Below, piece by piece: positions 12,013 through 23,196 of a stretch of 64,000 nucleotides of DNA. The notes under the pieces were generated by a model. That model did not search any database, was not told the DNA's origin, and saw only the letters and a program-made list of their open reading frames with translations. The first letter of the stretch is position 1. Every line of letters starts with the position of its first letter. Source of the stretch: Lama glama (lineage: Eukaryota); contig CM052818.1 in the NCBI GenBank assembly GCA_028534125.1, positions 2,172,001 to 2,236,000 on the forward strand, in the 5' to 3' direction. The translations under genes and the position numbers were made by a program.

Positions 12013-13779
12013 GGCAAGAAATCTCAGGAGCTTGGGTTAAGCACAATGGGTTGTGACTGTGAGCAAAGAGAGCCATTGCCATGGTCCCTGATCCCAGGGA
12101 GATCCGATCTGCTGAGGCAGGAAGAAACCCCTCTCTCAAAAAAGAATGTCATCTGATGAGGAAGATTCAGTCCCAGCCTCACGGAGCCTATGATTTGCCC
12201 GAAGGCCTCGCTCAAACAACGCTTCACAGTGCCCAAGCCCTGCCACCTCTCCCTGACCTCGGGTTCCCAGGGGGAGAGGGAGGGAGTGTGGACATCCAGT
12301 CCTGGGAATGCCTGGGCTTGGGAGAGCTGAGCTATTTTGGGATTGTTTACATTTGGAATCTTCCTGATCTTTGGTCCCAGAAAAACACCCACATGTTGGA
12401 AACTCTTCCGAGTTATTCACTGTTGGGGTTTTTCTTCAGCTCCTTCAGCTTTTTCTTCTTCTTGGATGGAAAAAAAATCTGCTAGTGATTAGTCACAACC
12501 TGTGAGGCTTAGCTTTTGACAGCCCCACTGAGGAGACAGAGACAAAGAGGCTCAGAGAGGGCCCCATGGGCAGATGCTGCTGGGAAGGAAATGTGGTTCA
12601 CGGCGCTGACCTCCCGGGGTGAGGGATGGTCCGTTCGCCTCTATCTGCCAAGGGACAATCGCTCCCTGGACCATGGTTGTTTCATTCCAAGCCCTCATCC
12701 CAACTTCACTGGGGAGCACAGGCCAGAGCACGCATTAGAAGGAGGGCCAGGGGGTCAGGACCTGGGCAAGGAGGCTAAAAGAGAGGAGAGGGGTGCAGGT
12801 GCCAAGCACAAAGGATGCTTGCTAGATGGGGTCCCTTTGGCCATGGGCTCCACGGACAACCCAGAGCGCCCCATTTCAGGGTGGCAGTATACACTGTGAC
12901 AACCCCATGCCTCCTTGGCAGGTTTTATTACATGTTTGGCCCCCTGGAAATCCCAGGGTGTGAGTGGGCCTCCTGCTTTTTTTTGAGAAGGCTAAGGGTT
13001 GGGTGGGGCTGAGCACTGTCCACAGAGACCAGGACAAAGGGAGATTGTTTGAGCTGAAGAATTAGGGCCTGAAAGTCAGATCTGGATCCAATTTTAAAAT
13101 CTAAGGATTGTGAAACATGATGGGGAGGGGGTAATAAAGGGCATTTGGGAACTATCCCTTGGTGTAGGTCTTTTTAAAGAAGTTTCAAGGCAACAAAGGG
13201 AAAAGCAATTAATACAATAAGGAACAATCCGGCAGGGTGCCTTCGTGTCAGAGGAATGGCAGAGCTGTCCTTAGGTTGTATGGGACCCCAGGAAAGTATA
13301 TTTTTACCATGCTCCTGTCTATGTAAACAATTTGAGTCATTCAAAATCAGCATGTCAGCACCATTCCGAAAGCCCAGTCTCGCATGATCCCACATAAAAA
13401 AATTCTTTACCAACCAGGGGAGCAATCCAGTCGCCAGACTGCCAGATCGAGCGTGGCTCCGAAGCCCTAGGATAGCCGCATAGACAGGAGGCGCAGTGCT
13501 TGTTGGGGCATCTGGTCGACCCCACACGTGGGCTAGAGGGTCAGAGGATAGTTGAGGGAGGAGAAGGAGGGACCCAGGTCAGGGTGCCCCACTCAGATGA
13601 CACTGTCAGCCCTTGTCAGTCCCAGGCACTGAAGGGGACCTAAAATTTTTAAGGAATGCCCTCCAAGGCACAGGTCCCTTCTTTCCCAGGTCTAAGGACA
13701 ATCCTGGGACTGGAGGAGGTGACATTTCAGCAGGACGCCTTGTACCTCCACGATGGGGGCTGCTGAGGGGCGGGCAGTA

Positions 13780-13920
13780 GCACCTGGTTCTTGGTCCTGA
13801 CTCTGTCTTTTACTGCTTGTGTGACCTCAGGCTCCTCTCTGCTCCTCTCTGGCCTCAAGTTCTTGATCTATAAGCCAGTGATGGTAATGCCCACCCTACA
13901 GAGCTGCTGTGCAGCGTGAT
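13780..13920 (+). mobile_element. MIR SINE fragment
   Basis: TGTGTGACCTCAGG..CTCTCTGGCCTCAAGTTTCTTGATCTATAA. Confidence 0.55.
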
Positions 13921-16309
13921 AGCCCAGTGTCCCAGTCCTGTCTCTGCTTGCAAAAGGTGGAGTTGCCCACGGCCAGTGTGGTCCGAGTCTAGAATCTCAG
14001 CCCCGCCTTCCAGCATCTCCAGGGTGGGGCTGTGCCAGCCAACATCACTCCTCCTTGACCCCAGTCCTAGAGCTCGGCTTCTCTCTAGGCCAGGCCCCCA
14101 AGGGGAGGGCAGAAGACAGAGGTAAAGGCCTGTTATCCCAAACCAGGGCCAGCAAGGCTCAAGCTGCAGCCCTGACGGGAGGGGAGGAAGGCCAGGGCTG
14201 GGCCACCCAAGAGGGCCTCTGAGGCTGTTATACCAGCAGACACACTGCCAGCTTGGACTGGAGGGGACAGAGGGTGAAATAAGGGAAGGCAGAATGACAA
14301 TGAAAGTAAAGACTGGAATGCTGCAGCTGTGAGTCACAGGATGTGGATGGCATTCACCCTGGAAAAGGTGAGGAAACGGACTCTCCCCTCTGGGGGCCAC
14401 GGGGCCAGGAGCTCAGGGCTGAGAGTCATCCTGGTCTTCTCGTAGAAGAAGGAGGTGGCAGCAGAGCCCTCAGAGAAAAATATTCAGTCTCCTCTCTTGA
14501 TTCAGTCCCACTTGTGATGGAATCCTGGTGGCTGCCTATCACGCGTCCACATTCCCATCCCCAAAGCCATGAGCTGGCTGAGGAGCAGCCGTGGTCTGAG
14601 CGTTCAGTGAGGAGTGAAGGTCAGGACCTGAATAAGCCAAGCAGGCCCTCTCTCTTTGACTCCCTCTTTATCTCCTGATAGCCCTCCTTCCTCATAATCT
14701 TACACTTAGTAGCCTCTTGGAATAGGCCTTCGGATGTCACACCTTTTCACCCATGGAACCAGACTGAGGTCCACTAGGACCCTCAGCACAGTCAAACCAA
14801 GATAGAATAGCTCCCCCCAGGGGTAAAGGCAACGGTACCTGTGGCAGTGACCCAGCAAGGGCTCCACAAGAGCCTGTCCTGAAGGCACCCCACGTGCCTG
14901 CCATCCCCAGAACCCTAACCTGCCAGGCCACTAGCAGACCACCTGCCCACCCTCCTCACTGCAGAGCCCTCTGAAGCCTCAGCCTGGGAGGCAGGCCCCT
15001 GCCCAACCCCCACTTCCATTTGGGGATGCCTCCCTTCCCCATCCATGGCTCCTTTTTTAAAACCAAAATGTAATCTGTCAAAGGATTTTGTTTTCTCACT
15101 TGTAAATTTAGATGAAAACTCTTAACCAAGATATGAAAATCAATTCTGCTAATCACAGTGCACATTCGATGCTCAAACATTATAAGAAAGATGAGCCTGT
15201 CTTGTACGTGGATGGATCCAGAAGGAGGGCTGAAGCCGCAGGTGCAAGGCCATCCCTGACAACACTGCCCCCTCCTGGTGACAGAGTCAGGGACAGGTTC
15301 TGGCCCCACCCGAAGAGAAGAAAGAGGGGAGAAGGGATCTCCATAATTGTGTCCCAGACGTCACCCGGGCCTGAGATTTGCATGGGAAAGACAGCTAAGA
15401 AATCAGGACAGATGAAAGAACAACATGTGAGGGAAAGACTGAGGCCCGAAGTACAGGGATTGCCGCCACGTCTCTGGTGGGCCTTGGCCTAGATTGGTGA
15501 CATCAGGAGACTGACACCTCAGATCAGCCAATGCCCTTCTGCTCAGAAGATCAACAGTCTCCTTCTACGTCACTCTCATAAACTAGTATCTCCAGGGAGG
15601 GAGGTCGGGCCTTGTTGCTCCCATTTTACGGATGGAATAACTAAGGGGAAGTGACAACAGAGTCTCCTTCCTTGCTGACCCCCTTCTTCATAGACAGGAG
15701 CCTGATAAGGTGCCCAGGGGAGCATAATGGAGCCCGCAGGGGCTGGTGGAGCCCTGACTTTTCCCCTTACCCCTCTGGCTGGAGGCAAGGGGAGCTAGGG
15801 CGGCCCAAGCCAGGTCAGAATGGGTGGCCCTCAACAGGACAAGAGGGGCCGCGGGTCATCAGGATGTAGCCCACCCTTCTTGGCCCGGCATCCTCACCCA
15901 CACTCACTAGCCAGATTTCCCCAAGCAGGAGCCTCTGGCCTGGACGCGTTGTCTGGGAGAGCCGGCACCTTGGGAACCAGCTGTCCCGCTGTCAGAGAAA
16001 GTTAAGCCTCATCCTGAGTGTGTGCCCCCCAGTGTGCCCACTCCTTTCTGTTTACCCCACTTTGTGCTAGAATTAGGCCTGGGCCCAGCCTCCACCATTA
16101 AACTGAGAGTTCCCTAAAGGCAAATTCTGAATCTCTCTCCTCTCTACTTCTATATACTTACTCCCAAGACTGTTTCTTGCTTTTTTTTTAAATAACCCTG
16201 CTATCTCCCCACTCCCCAAAAAACTGTTTAATACTTTCTCCTCCCAGTTACCCGTCTGTCTAACTTGGATTTTCCTCCACAGACTGACAGGCATTCACCA
16301 TGTGTTTGC

Positions 16310-16430
16310 ATTCGATGAACGGCTCTGGGTCTCCCCATTTCCCAGATGGAGAAAGTGAGTCTCAGAGAGGTTGGGTGACTTGCCTGTCAGGATGTTCTGA
16401 GTCCTGGACCTCTGGCCTCCCAGTCTGGGG
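16310..16430 (-). mobile_element. MIR SINE fragment
   Basis: CCCCATTTCCCAGATGGAGAAAGTGAGTCTCAGAGAGGTTGGGTGACTTGCC. Confidence 0.7.
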
Positions 16431-18379
16431 TCCTTTCCCCCAGACAACCTCAGCATGGCCTCCTGGTGTTCACCCCAAGTAAAACCCAGGAGCCAGGACA
16501 GGAACTGGGACAAAGAGGAGGACACTGGGGCCCAGGCCTTGACCCCAAGTTCCTATTTATAATCCTTGTTCCGGAGACGGCCACTTAAACACACATTCCT
16601 GATAACTGAATAATCTTTGGCACCAAGCAAAAAATAGCCTGTGGCCCAGACCACAATTGCACAGCTGGAGCAGGGTGAGCAGGGGCGACGTGGGGCTGGA
16701 CGGTGCAGCACAGACTGCCGAGGGGGGAGAGGGGTGGCAGGCGGGGCCGGAGCTGGGACAAGTGAGTGGGACCGCAAATATAGCCAGTTAAATATAGCCT
16801 TGCCGACCTGGACACGGGGCCAGCCTCCTCTGCAGGGAGTGTTTCCCAAATCGGCTTGGAACTCCTTTTCCCAAAGGAAGTGAGAGCCAGAGGCCTGGAG
16901 GGGAGGAGCTGGAGGGACCTTGATGGCGACAGAGCCCAAGGCTCTGGAGAAATCTGCAAACAAACTGGAGACCAAGAGTACGGAACACTTCTGGCATCTT
17001 CTGGAAGGGCCAGTCCGATGCGGAGGTGTGGCCATGCCCTGAGGCTGATTACAGAGGGTACCTCATTCCCCAGACTAGCTGGTCAAGACCCCCGTGCACC
17101 TTCCAGCTCCAGGAGGACTGATGCTAAGGCCTCTTCTCCGGAAGGCTCGGGCCAGGGCAGAAATGAAAGTGAGGGACAAGGGACGTTCTGGAGGCCGGAA
17201 CCCTGAGGGAGCTCTGAAACAAGCAGGAGGCCTGAGTCAGGTGGGGGCCTCCTCAGAGTAAAGCAGCCATGGCCCCTCATTCCCTCAGGGTCCCCCTTGG
17301 AGCAGACCCTGGACCAGCAGGCCCCAGCTTGACGCCAGGGTGCCGCTAGGGGTGACATGCTTGACAGATGTTTCTCTGCTCCTAACAGGTCCTTCCCAGC
17401 ACCTTCAGCTGCTCCCCTGGAGCAGGAGTTTGGTTCTGAGCTCTGAATTTGGGGAAACCAGTGTGGCCCACTTCAGGCCCTCCCCGATGGGGAGGCATCA
17501 CAGACATTCTGGGGGTTCCGGCAGGGTCTCACTCATGGTTGGGAGTAAGCCTCCTCACCTGTCCCATCACTGTAAGCCACCTGAAGGAGTCTGGCCTCAG
17601 CCCCCTCCATGCCCGGGTGTCCCCAAGCTCCCAAGGCCACCAAGCCTGCAGAAGGTCAAACTGTACTGCCTTCCTTCCAATCCTCCCGGGCCTTGAGCCA
17701 TCAGGGCCCCACGGAGAAATGAGGGGAGCATTCCTTTCCCCATTACTGTGTGGTGGGCCTCCAAGTATCACTGCCTGTTCCCAAATTCCACAGAGCTCAG
17801 CCATCTCAGTCTACCGAGGGAACGGGCCGCACTTGGCACCTCGGCTTGCCCACTGTTGCAGCATCGCTCCTGTGCTGGGGAATTCTCCTTGGGTGCGGTC
17901 TTGCTGGAGGCATTGCCGGACTCCCCACTTCAGAAGGTGAGGGGGGCCAGGGCCAGGTCCCCTGTGCAGCTCAGCAGAGGGCAGGCCAAGAGGGACCCAT
18001 CAGTCTCCCCAGGCTGCAGCCGCCAGGGGTCTCTACAACAGTGTGGGGAAGGGGCTGGTCATGCAGGCCTGGTGCAGCCTACACTGGGGTCCCGGCGTGG
18101 AGCTCTGGCCCTTCATTTCACAAAGATGCCCCAGAGCCCACCGTCTGCCAGGTGGTATCTTGTTACCATGACTACCAGAGGGAATGAGGCCCAGGAGCTG
18201 CTCCGGCAGCTGCTCAAAGTCCGGTGTGCTGAGAGTGACACTGGAGGCCAGCAGGAAGCCGAGCCAGTAGGGACAGGGATCTGGAAGGCCTCCGGAGGCT
18301 AGGGAAGGATTCCAGACAGGGACCCGGTGTGTAAACGGCCCAGGGTGAGAGGGGGAGGCTGTGTGAGGCTGCAGAAGAG

Positions 18380-18850
18380 GGGCTATGGCTGGGGAGAGAG
18401 ACAAGAGGTGCAGGATGTGGTTGGAGGAGGGACAGGGAGCCAGATGATGCCTTGACTCCATGTTAAGGGAAATCCTCCTGAGGGCAATAGGGAGCCATTG
18501 AAGGGTTTCAAGCAGGGGTAACCTGATCTATTTCCATGTCAGAAGGGTCTTTTGGCCACAGTATGGACAATGGTTGGGAGGGGGCCTAGAGAGGATGTGG
18601 GCAGACCAATTAGGAGACACCAGCAGATGTACCGCTGAGTAATGGGAATGGCCTGAACTCAGGCAATGGGAGGAGGAGGTAGAGAGAGCTGGGCAGTCCT
18701 GAGACATATTTAGGAAATAGGAACCATAAGACATGGTGAATACTTGGATGTGGGAAGCAGAGACAGACAGAAAATTGGGAAAGAGTGATACCACGTGAGC
18801 CAGGGGAAGGCAGAGTTTCAGAAAGGAGCAAACTGACTGACCTACACTTC
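18380..18850 (-). mobile_element. L2 LINE fragment
   Basis: GGGAGCCATTGAAGGGTTTCAAGCAGGGG..GGCCTGAACT..GAGACATATTTAGGAAATAG, typical antisense L2. Confidence 0.75.
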
Positions 18851-19141
18851 TGGTACTGGTGGGCTAAGCGATTTGGATCAATCCTCCAATTGTGATGAGG
18901 GATTTCTTTGAAAAACATAATCTTAAAAGTGTAGAAGGGCTCACAAGAAAAATGGGAATTACCAGACCAAATCTAGAAGCAGGAGATTGCCCGGAAAGGC
19001 AAGGGAGCACCCTAAACCTGAGGGTGCTTGCCAATCTCTAAGAAAAAGCTTCAAAGCCAAGCTGTGATTTTTCACACCTCTCATGAAGAGGGAGAGAGAC
19101 TAGAAAGCTCAAGGCTTTCCTAACTTCTAACAGAACACTCT

Positions 19142-19737
19142 TGTTGCTGAAATATCGGCCCCCATCCCTGAAGGGCCAAATGAAACTCAGAGACAGGGTC
19201 TTGGAGCTTAGAAGAAAAGAGGCAGCTTTATTGCTTTGCCGGGCAAAGGGGACTCCCAGCAGGCTGGTGCCTTTAAAACTGTGAACCCATCTTGGGGATG
19301 GGGTGGGGTGGTTATAAAGCCAGACCTTACACAATAAAACACTGATAACAATCAACAGAGTTGTTTTCTTCTCATAAGACTCAGAGTGGCATCATGGTGT
19401 ATCTCCAGGTGACCAATTCCATGGAGGCTAGTGGCTGTCACTCTTTCGAACTCTTTATCTTTAAAGTACCCATGGCATGGCCTTTTTGGTAATTCAGGCT
19501 ATTTTTTAAGGTTATAGTTCCATGACCTTCTCCCTGCAGAACAACTCAGAAACCAAGTATGATTATTACTTTCAATTACTGAAATAAAGCAGAGATAGTA
19601 AAATTAATTACTTTATTTTAACAATGGACCTGGAGCCGAGAATAGCAACCGATCAGTCAGGTTATTTGGCCAGTTTAAGAGAAAGCATAAGAATAAACAA
19701 TCTGTTAGCCTAAGTCCATTTTATTAATTCTCCTTCA
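19142..19737 (-). mobile_element. Solo ERV LTR (~596 bp), probably ERV1 class
   Basis: Minus strand begins TGAAGGAGAATTAAT and ends CAGCAACA; internal TTTATAA (19312-19318) and AATAAA (19227-19232) in LTR order; flanks CTCT/CTCC (4-bp TSD, 1 mismatch). Confidence 0.7.
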
Positions 19738-20099
19738 CTCCCACATTAAACTGGAATTCTCAGGGTAAGGGTGAATTGAAAGTAAAATGATCACTCACCT
19801 TCTCTTCCCCCCTACTCCTGTGCACACATGTGTACACACAAACACACACACACACATGTGCCTCCCAGGATTATGCAAGAGTTGACTTGATGCAGAACAG
19901 ATCTGGGAAGAAGAAAAGAGAAGGAAAGGAAGAGGTAAGGGAGGGAAGGAAGAAGGGAGAAGAGAGAGAAGACAAGGAAACCCATCACTGAGAGTTTGCA
20001 AAACAAACACAGGGTTGTCTGCTGGAACCACTGACCAAATGTGTCTCACTGGGACAGTCCAAAGAATCTCAAGCAGTGAAAGTTTATATAAATGAGATC

Positions 20100-21255
20100 A
20101 CACTTTTAGTCAATTTTCCCTATTATATTATTTAAAATATAGCATTTTTAACCCAATTAGTTGTGTTTACATAAGATATCAAAAATCCAAGGCTATATGT
20201 CATGGATATAGCTGCCAAGGAAAGGCTGAAGTAGCTGTGTTAATTTCAGACAAAATAGACTTTAGGAAAAAGATATTACTAATTACATCCATTCACAATC
20301 AAAAAAGATTTAGTTCACTGGAAAAGTATAACAAGTTTAAACTATACATACCTAATAACATAGCCTCAAAAGCATATAAAGTAAAAATTATCAGAACTTC
20401 CAAAAAACCTAACAACTCTACAATCACAATGGGTGATCTTAACACATTCTGTAAATAATTGAAAAAACAAAAAGAAAACAATCAATAGGGATACAGAAAT
20501 TTTGAAAAACAGGATTAACAAATTATACCTAGTGGACATATATAGAAAACAGCACCCAACAACTACAGAAGAGATATTTTTTTCTTCAAACACACTTGGA
20601 AGATTTATACAAGTTGACTACATACTGTGTTCTAAAGCAAATCTCAACAAACGTAAAAGAATCAAATTATAAAGAATATGCTCTCTAGTCCCAAAGCAAT
20701 TAAACAAGAAATGTCTAACAAAAGAGACAGCAGAAAAATTTCATTATGTTTGGAAGTTAAGAGACACATTTATATGTAACCTAAGTGCAAACAATAATGT
20801 GAAAACTAGAAAATATTTTAAACTGTATAATAATGAAAATATTATATGAGAATTGATGATGCAAACAAAACCAAAAGAGGAAAATTTACTGACTTGACAA
20901 TTTAGAAAAGGAAAGAAGTTGAAAAATAATGAGCTAGGCATCAATTTTAATGAGTTAGAAGAATACCGAAAGAAACCCAAAGATAATAAAAGGAAATACT
21001 GAGAATAAGAGCAAAAAATGATGAAATAAAAAAAACAGATATATAACAGAGGTTCAGCAAAGCCAAAATTGAGTCTTTGAAAGGACTAATAAAATTGACA
21101 AATCACTAGTGGGAATAATCAAGGGAAAGAAAGAGACAGAAGGAATGAGAGAAGATTGGAATATCAATATGAGAAAGAGAAGATCTCTGGATGCTGTAAA
21201 GATTTAGAAAGTCAAGAGAATGTTAATTGAAAAAATAACTTTATGTGAATAAAGC
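20100..21255 (+). mobile_element. Ancient L1 ORF2 remnant (endonuclease region)
   Basis: A-rich; VLISDKIDF and TITMGDLNT resemble L1 EN motifs (ILISDKIDFK, IIVGDFNT); frameshifted. Confidence 0.85.
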
Positions 21256-21594
21256 TGTATGCTACTGAGAGGTCAAGTGAAATGACCTGCGGGGGCACTG
21301 ACCGTGGTGCCAGCCAGCTGACTGCCTGCCTTCCCTGCCAGATGTCCTCCGCACCCCAGGCAAGGCCTCCAGGCCTCTGCCTTTACAGGTGGAAGCCTTT
21401 GCCTTTCAAATCCTAGCTCAGGGCTGAAGGGTCTTGGTGTACCTCAGGCACAGACTTGCATTAACTCAATTCACACAAGCCAGAGTACAAACCAGACGCC
21501 ATTTCATTCTTCTGTAGCAGGGACTGTCCCTTCTTCAGACCTAAAATGCACCCTCCACTCCAGGGCCTCACTTCCCAGGGTTGGGAACAGAATA

Positions 21595-21805
21595 GCAGAA
21601 TATTAAGTACATGGGGTCAGGAGGCAGGCTGCCTGGGTTCAAGTCCCAGCTATGCATTTTAACGTAAGCTCTCTGAGTTTCAGTTTCCTCATTTACAAAT
21701 TTGGAATAATAACAGATTGTGGTGAAGGTAATGATTTAATACACTTAAAGAACTTAGAACAGTGCCTGGAATAAACTAAGCACCTAATAAATGTTAATAA
21801 TAACA
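21595..21805 (+). mobile_element. MIR SINE, near full length
   Basis: CTGCCTGGGTTCAAGTCCCAGCT..TCAGTTTCCTCATTTACAAA..CTTAGAACAGTGCCTGG..AATAAATGTT. Confidence 0.9.
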
Positions 21806-22163
21806 ACTCTAAAGCCTGAGAAGACAAATTCTTACTCAGAAGATTGCTTTGTGAATGTGGAACCAGAAAAGGGGTGTGGAATAGTTTGGAGGGAAATTTT
21901 ACTTTGCTCTGGGGAAGCCTAATAAAATTTCTCAACTCCACCAAAGAGGGCCCTCCCCTGTTTCCTGAGCCTCTCTTCCCTGAATATGACTGGAAAATAG
22001 TGAATAGCTCTTATTTCTCTGATCTTTTTCATTCTGATCTCACCACTTTGACCCACCCGCCCTCTTGTCAATGAACTAAGCACACAGTGACTGTAGCTGT
22101 GAACTCAAAGGGATGCCTCAATTTCATATCAATTTCACTAAATCATCTACATGGCCGGGTTGC

Positions 22164-22955
22164 TGTAATGGTTATCAATTGCTGCATAATAACAAACCAC
22201 TTCAAGCCTAATGGCTTAAACCAGGGGTCGGCAAACTATGGCTCACTTCATGCTTTTGTATAGCCTACATGCTTAGAATGGTTTCTTATGTTTTTAAAGA
22301 GTTGGGAAAATATCAAAAGAAGAACAAAGATTTATTGGAACACAGCCACACTCATTCATTTATGTATTGCCTGTGGCTGCTTTTGCCGGACAAGTTGCAA
22401 CAGAGACCTAATGGCCCACAGGGCTTAAATATTTACTATCTTGTCCTTTACAGAAGAAGTTTACCAACCCCTGGCTTAAAATATCAACTACCATTTATTT
22501 TGTTCACAGATCTGCAATTTGAGCAGCTCTCAGTGGGGCTATCTCTGCTCCCTCCAGGATCACGTAGGATGGCTTGAGACAGGGAGTGACTCGCTGTCAG
22601 GGATAGGAATGCCTGAAGCCCTGCTCACTCATCAGTCTGGTGTTGGTGGGGGATGTCCACTGAGACCTCAGCTGGAACTGTTGGTCAGATCGCCTACCTG
22701 TGACCTCTCCATGTGGTTGCTGGGCTTCCTCACACCACGGTGACTGGGTTCCAAAAGCAAATGTGCCAAAAGACAGAAAGTGGAAGCTGCCAGTGTCTTA
22801 AGACCTGGTCCCAGAAACCAGCACAGTGTCACTTCTGCTATATTCTGTTGGCCAAACTATCACAGAGCCCAGATTCAAGGGGAGAGGACATCGACTCCAC
22901 CTATCACTGGAAAGTATGTCAAAGAATTTGGCCGCCATGCTTTTAACCCACCACA
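22164..22955 (-). mobile_element. MLT1-family solo LTR interrupted by MER58
   Basis: TG...CA ends, flanks GTTGC/GTTGT (5-bp TSD, 1 mismatch); ATTGCTGCATAA..AAACCAC..TGGCTTAAA and CACTTCTGCTATATTCTGTTGGCCAAA motifs. Confidence 0.75.
22222..22473. mobile_element. MER58-type hAT-Charlie DNA transposon
   Basis: TIRs CAGGGGTCGGCAAAC / GTTTACCAACCCCTG; 8-bp TSD GCTTAAAC/GCTTAAAA. Confidence 0.88.
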
Positions 22956-23084
22956 GTTGTTATGAGGATGTGGGGGAACATTGCAGGGGCTCAGTAAAGT
23001 GTACCTATTATCATTACTGTTAATCAGCGTGAGCCTAGCCATCATTTCTGATTACGTTTTAAGGGAGTCTTAGCTCCCTAGGTG

Positions 23085-23196
23085 TTGATTTAAGTAGATT
23101 CAGATTTCAGCTGGTCTGGAGTAGAGCACAGACATCACTAGTTTTCAGAAGCTCCTCAGGTGATTCTAATGTGCAACTTGGGTTGAGGACCACTGA
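23085..23196. mobile_element. MER5A-type hAT fragment
   Basis: AAGCTCCTCAGGTGATTCTAATGTGCA..GGGTTGAGGACCACTG. Confidence 0.75.

Noticed and set aside
20237..20458. ORF with L1 endonuclease-like motifs
   Set aside because: Frameshifted ancient L1 ORF2.
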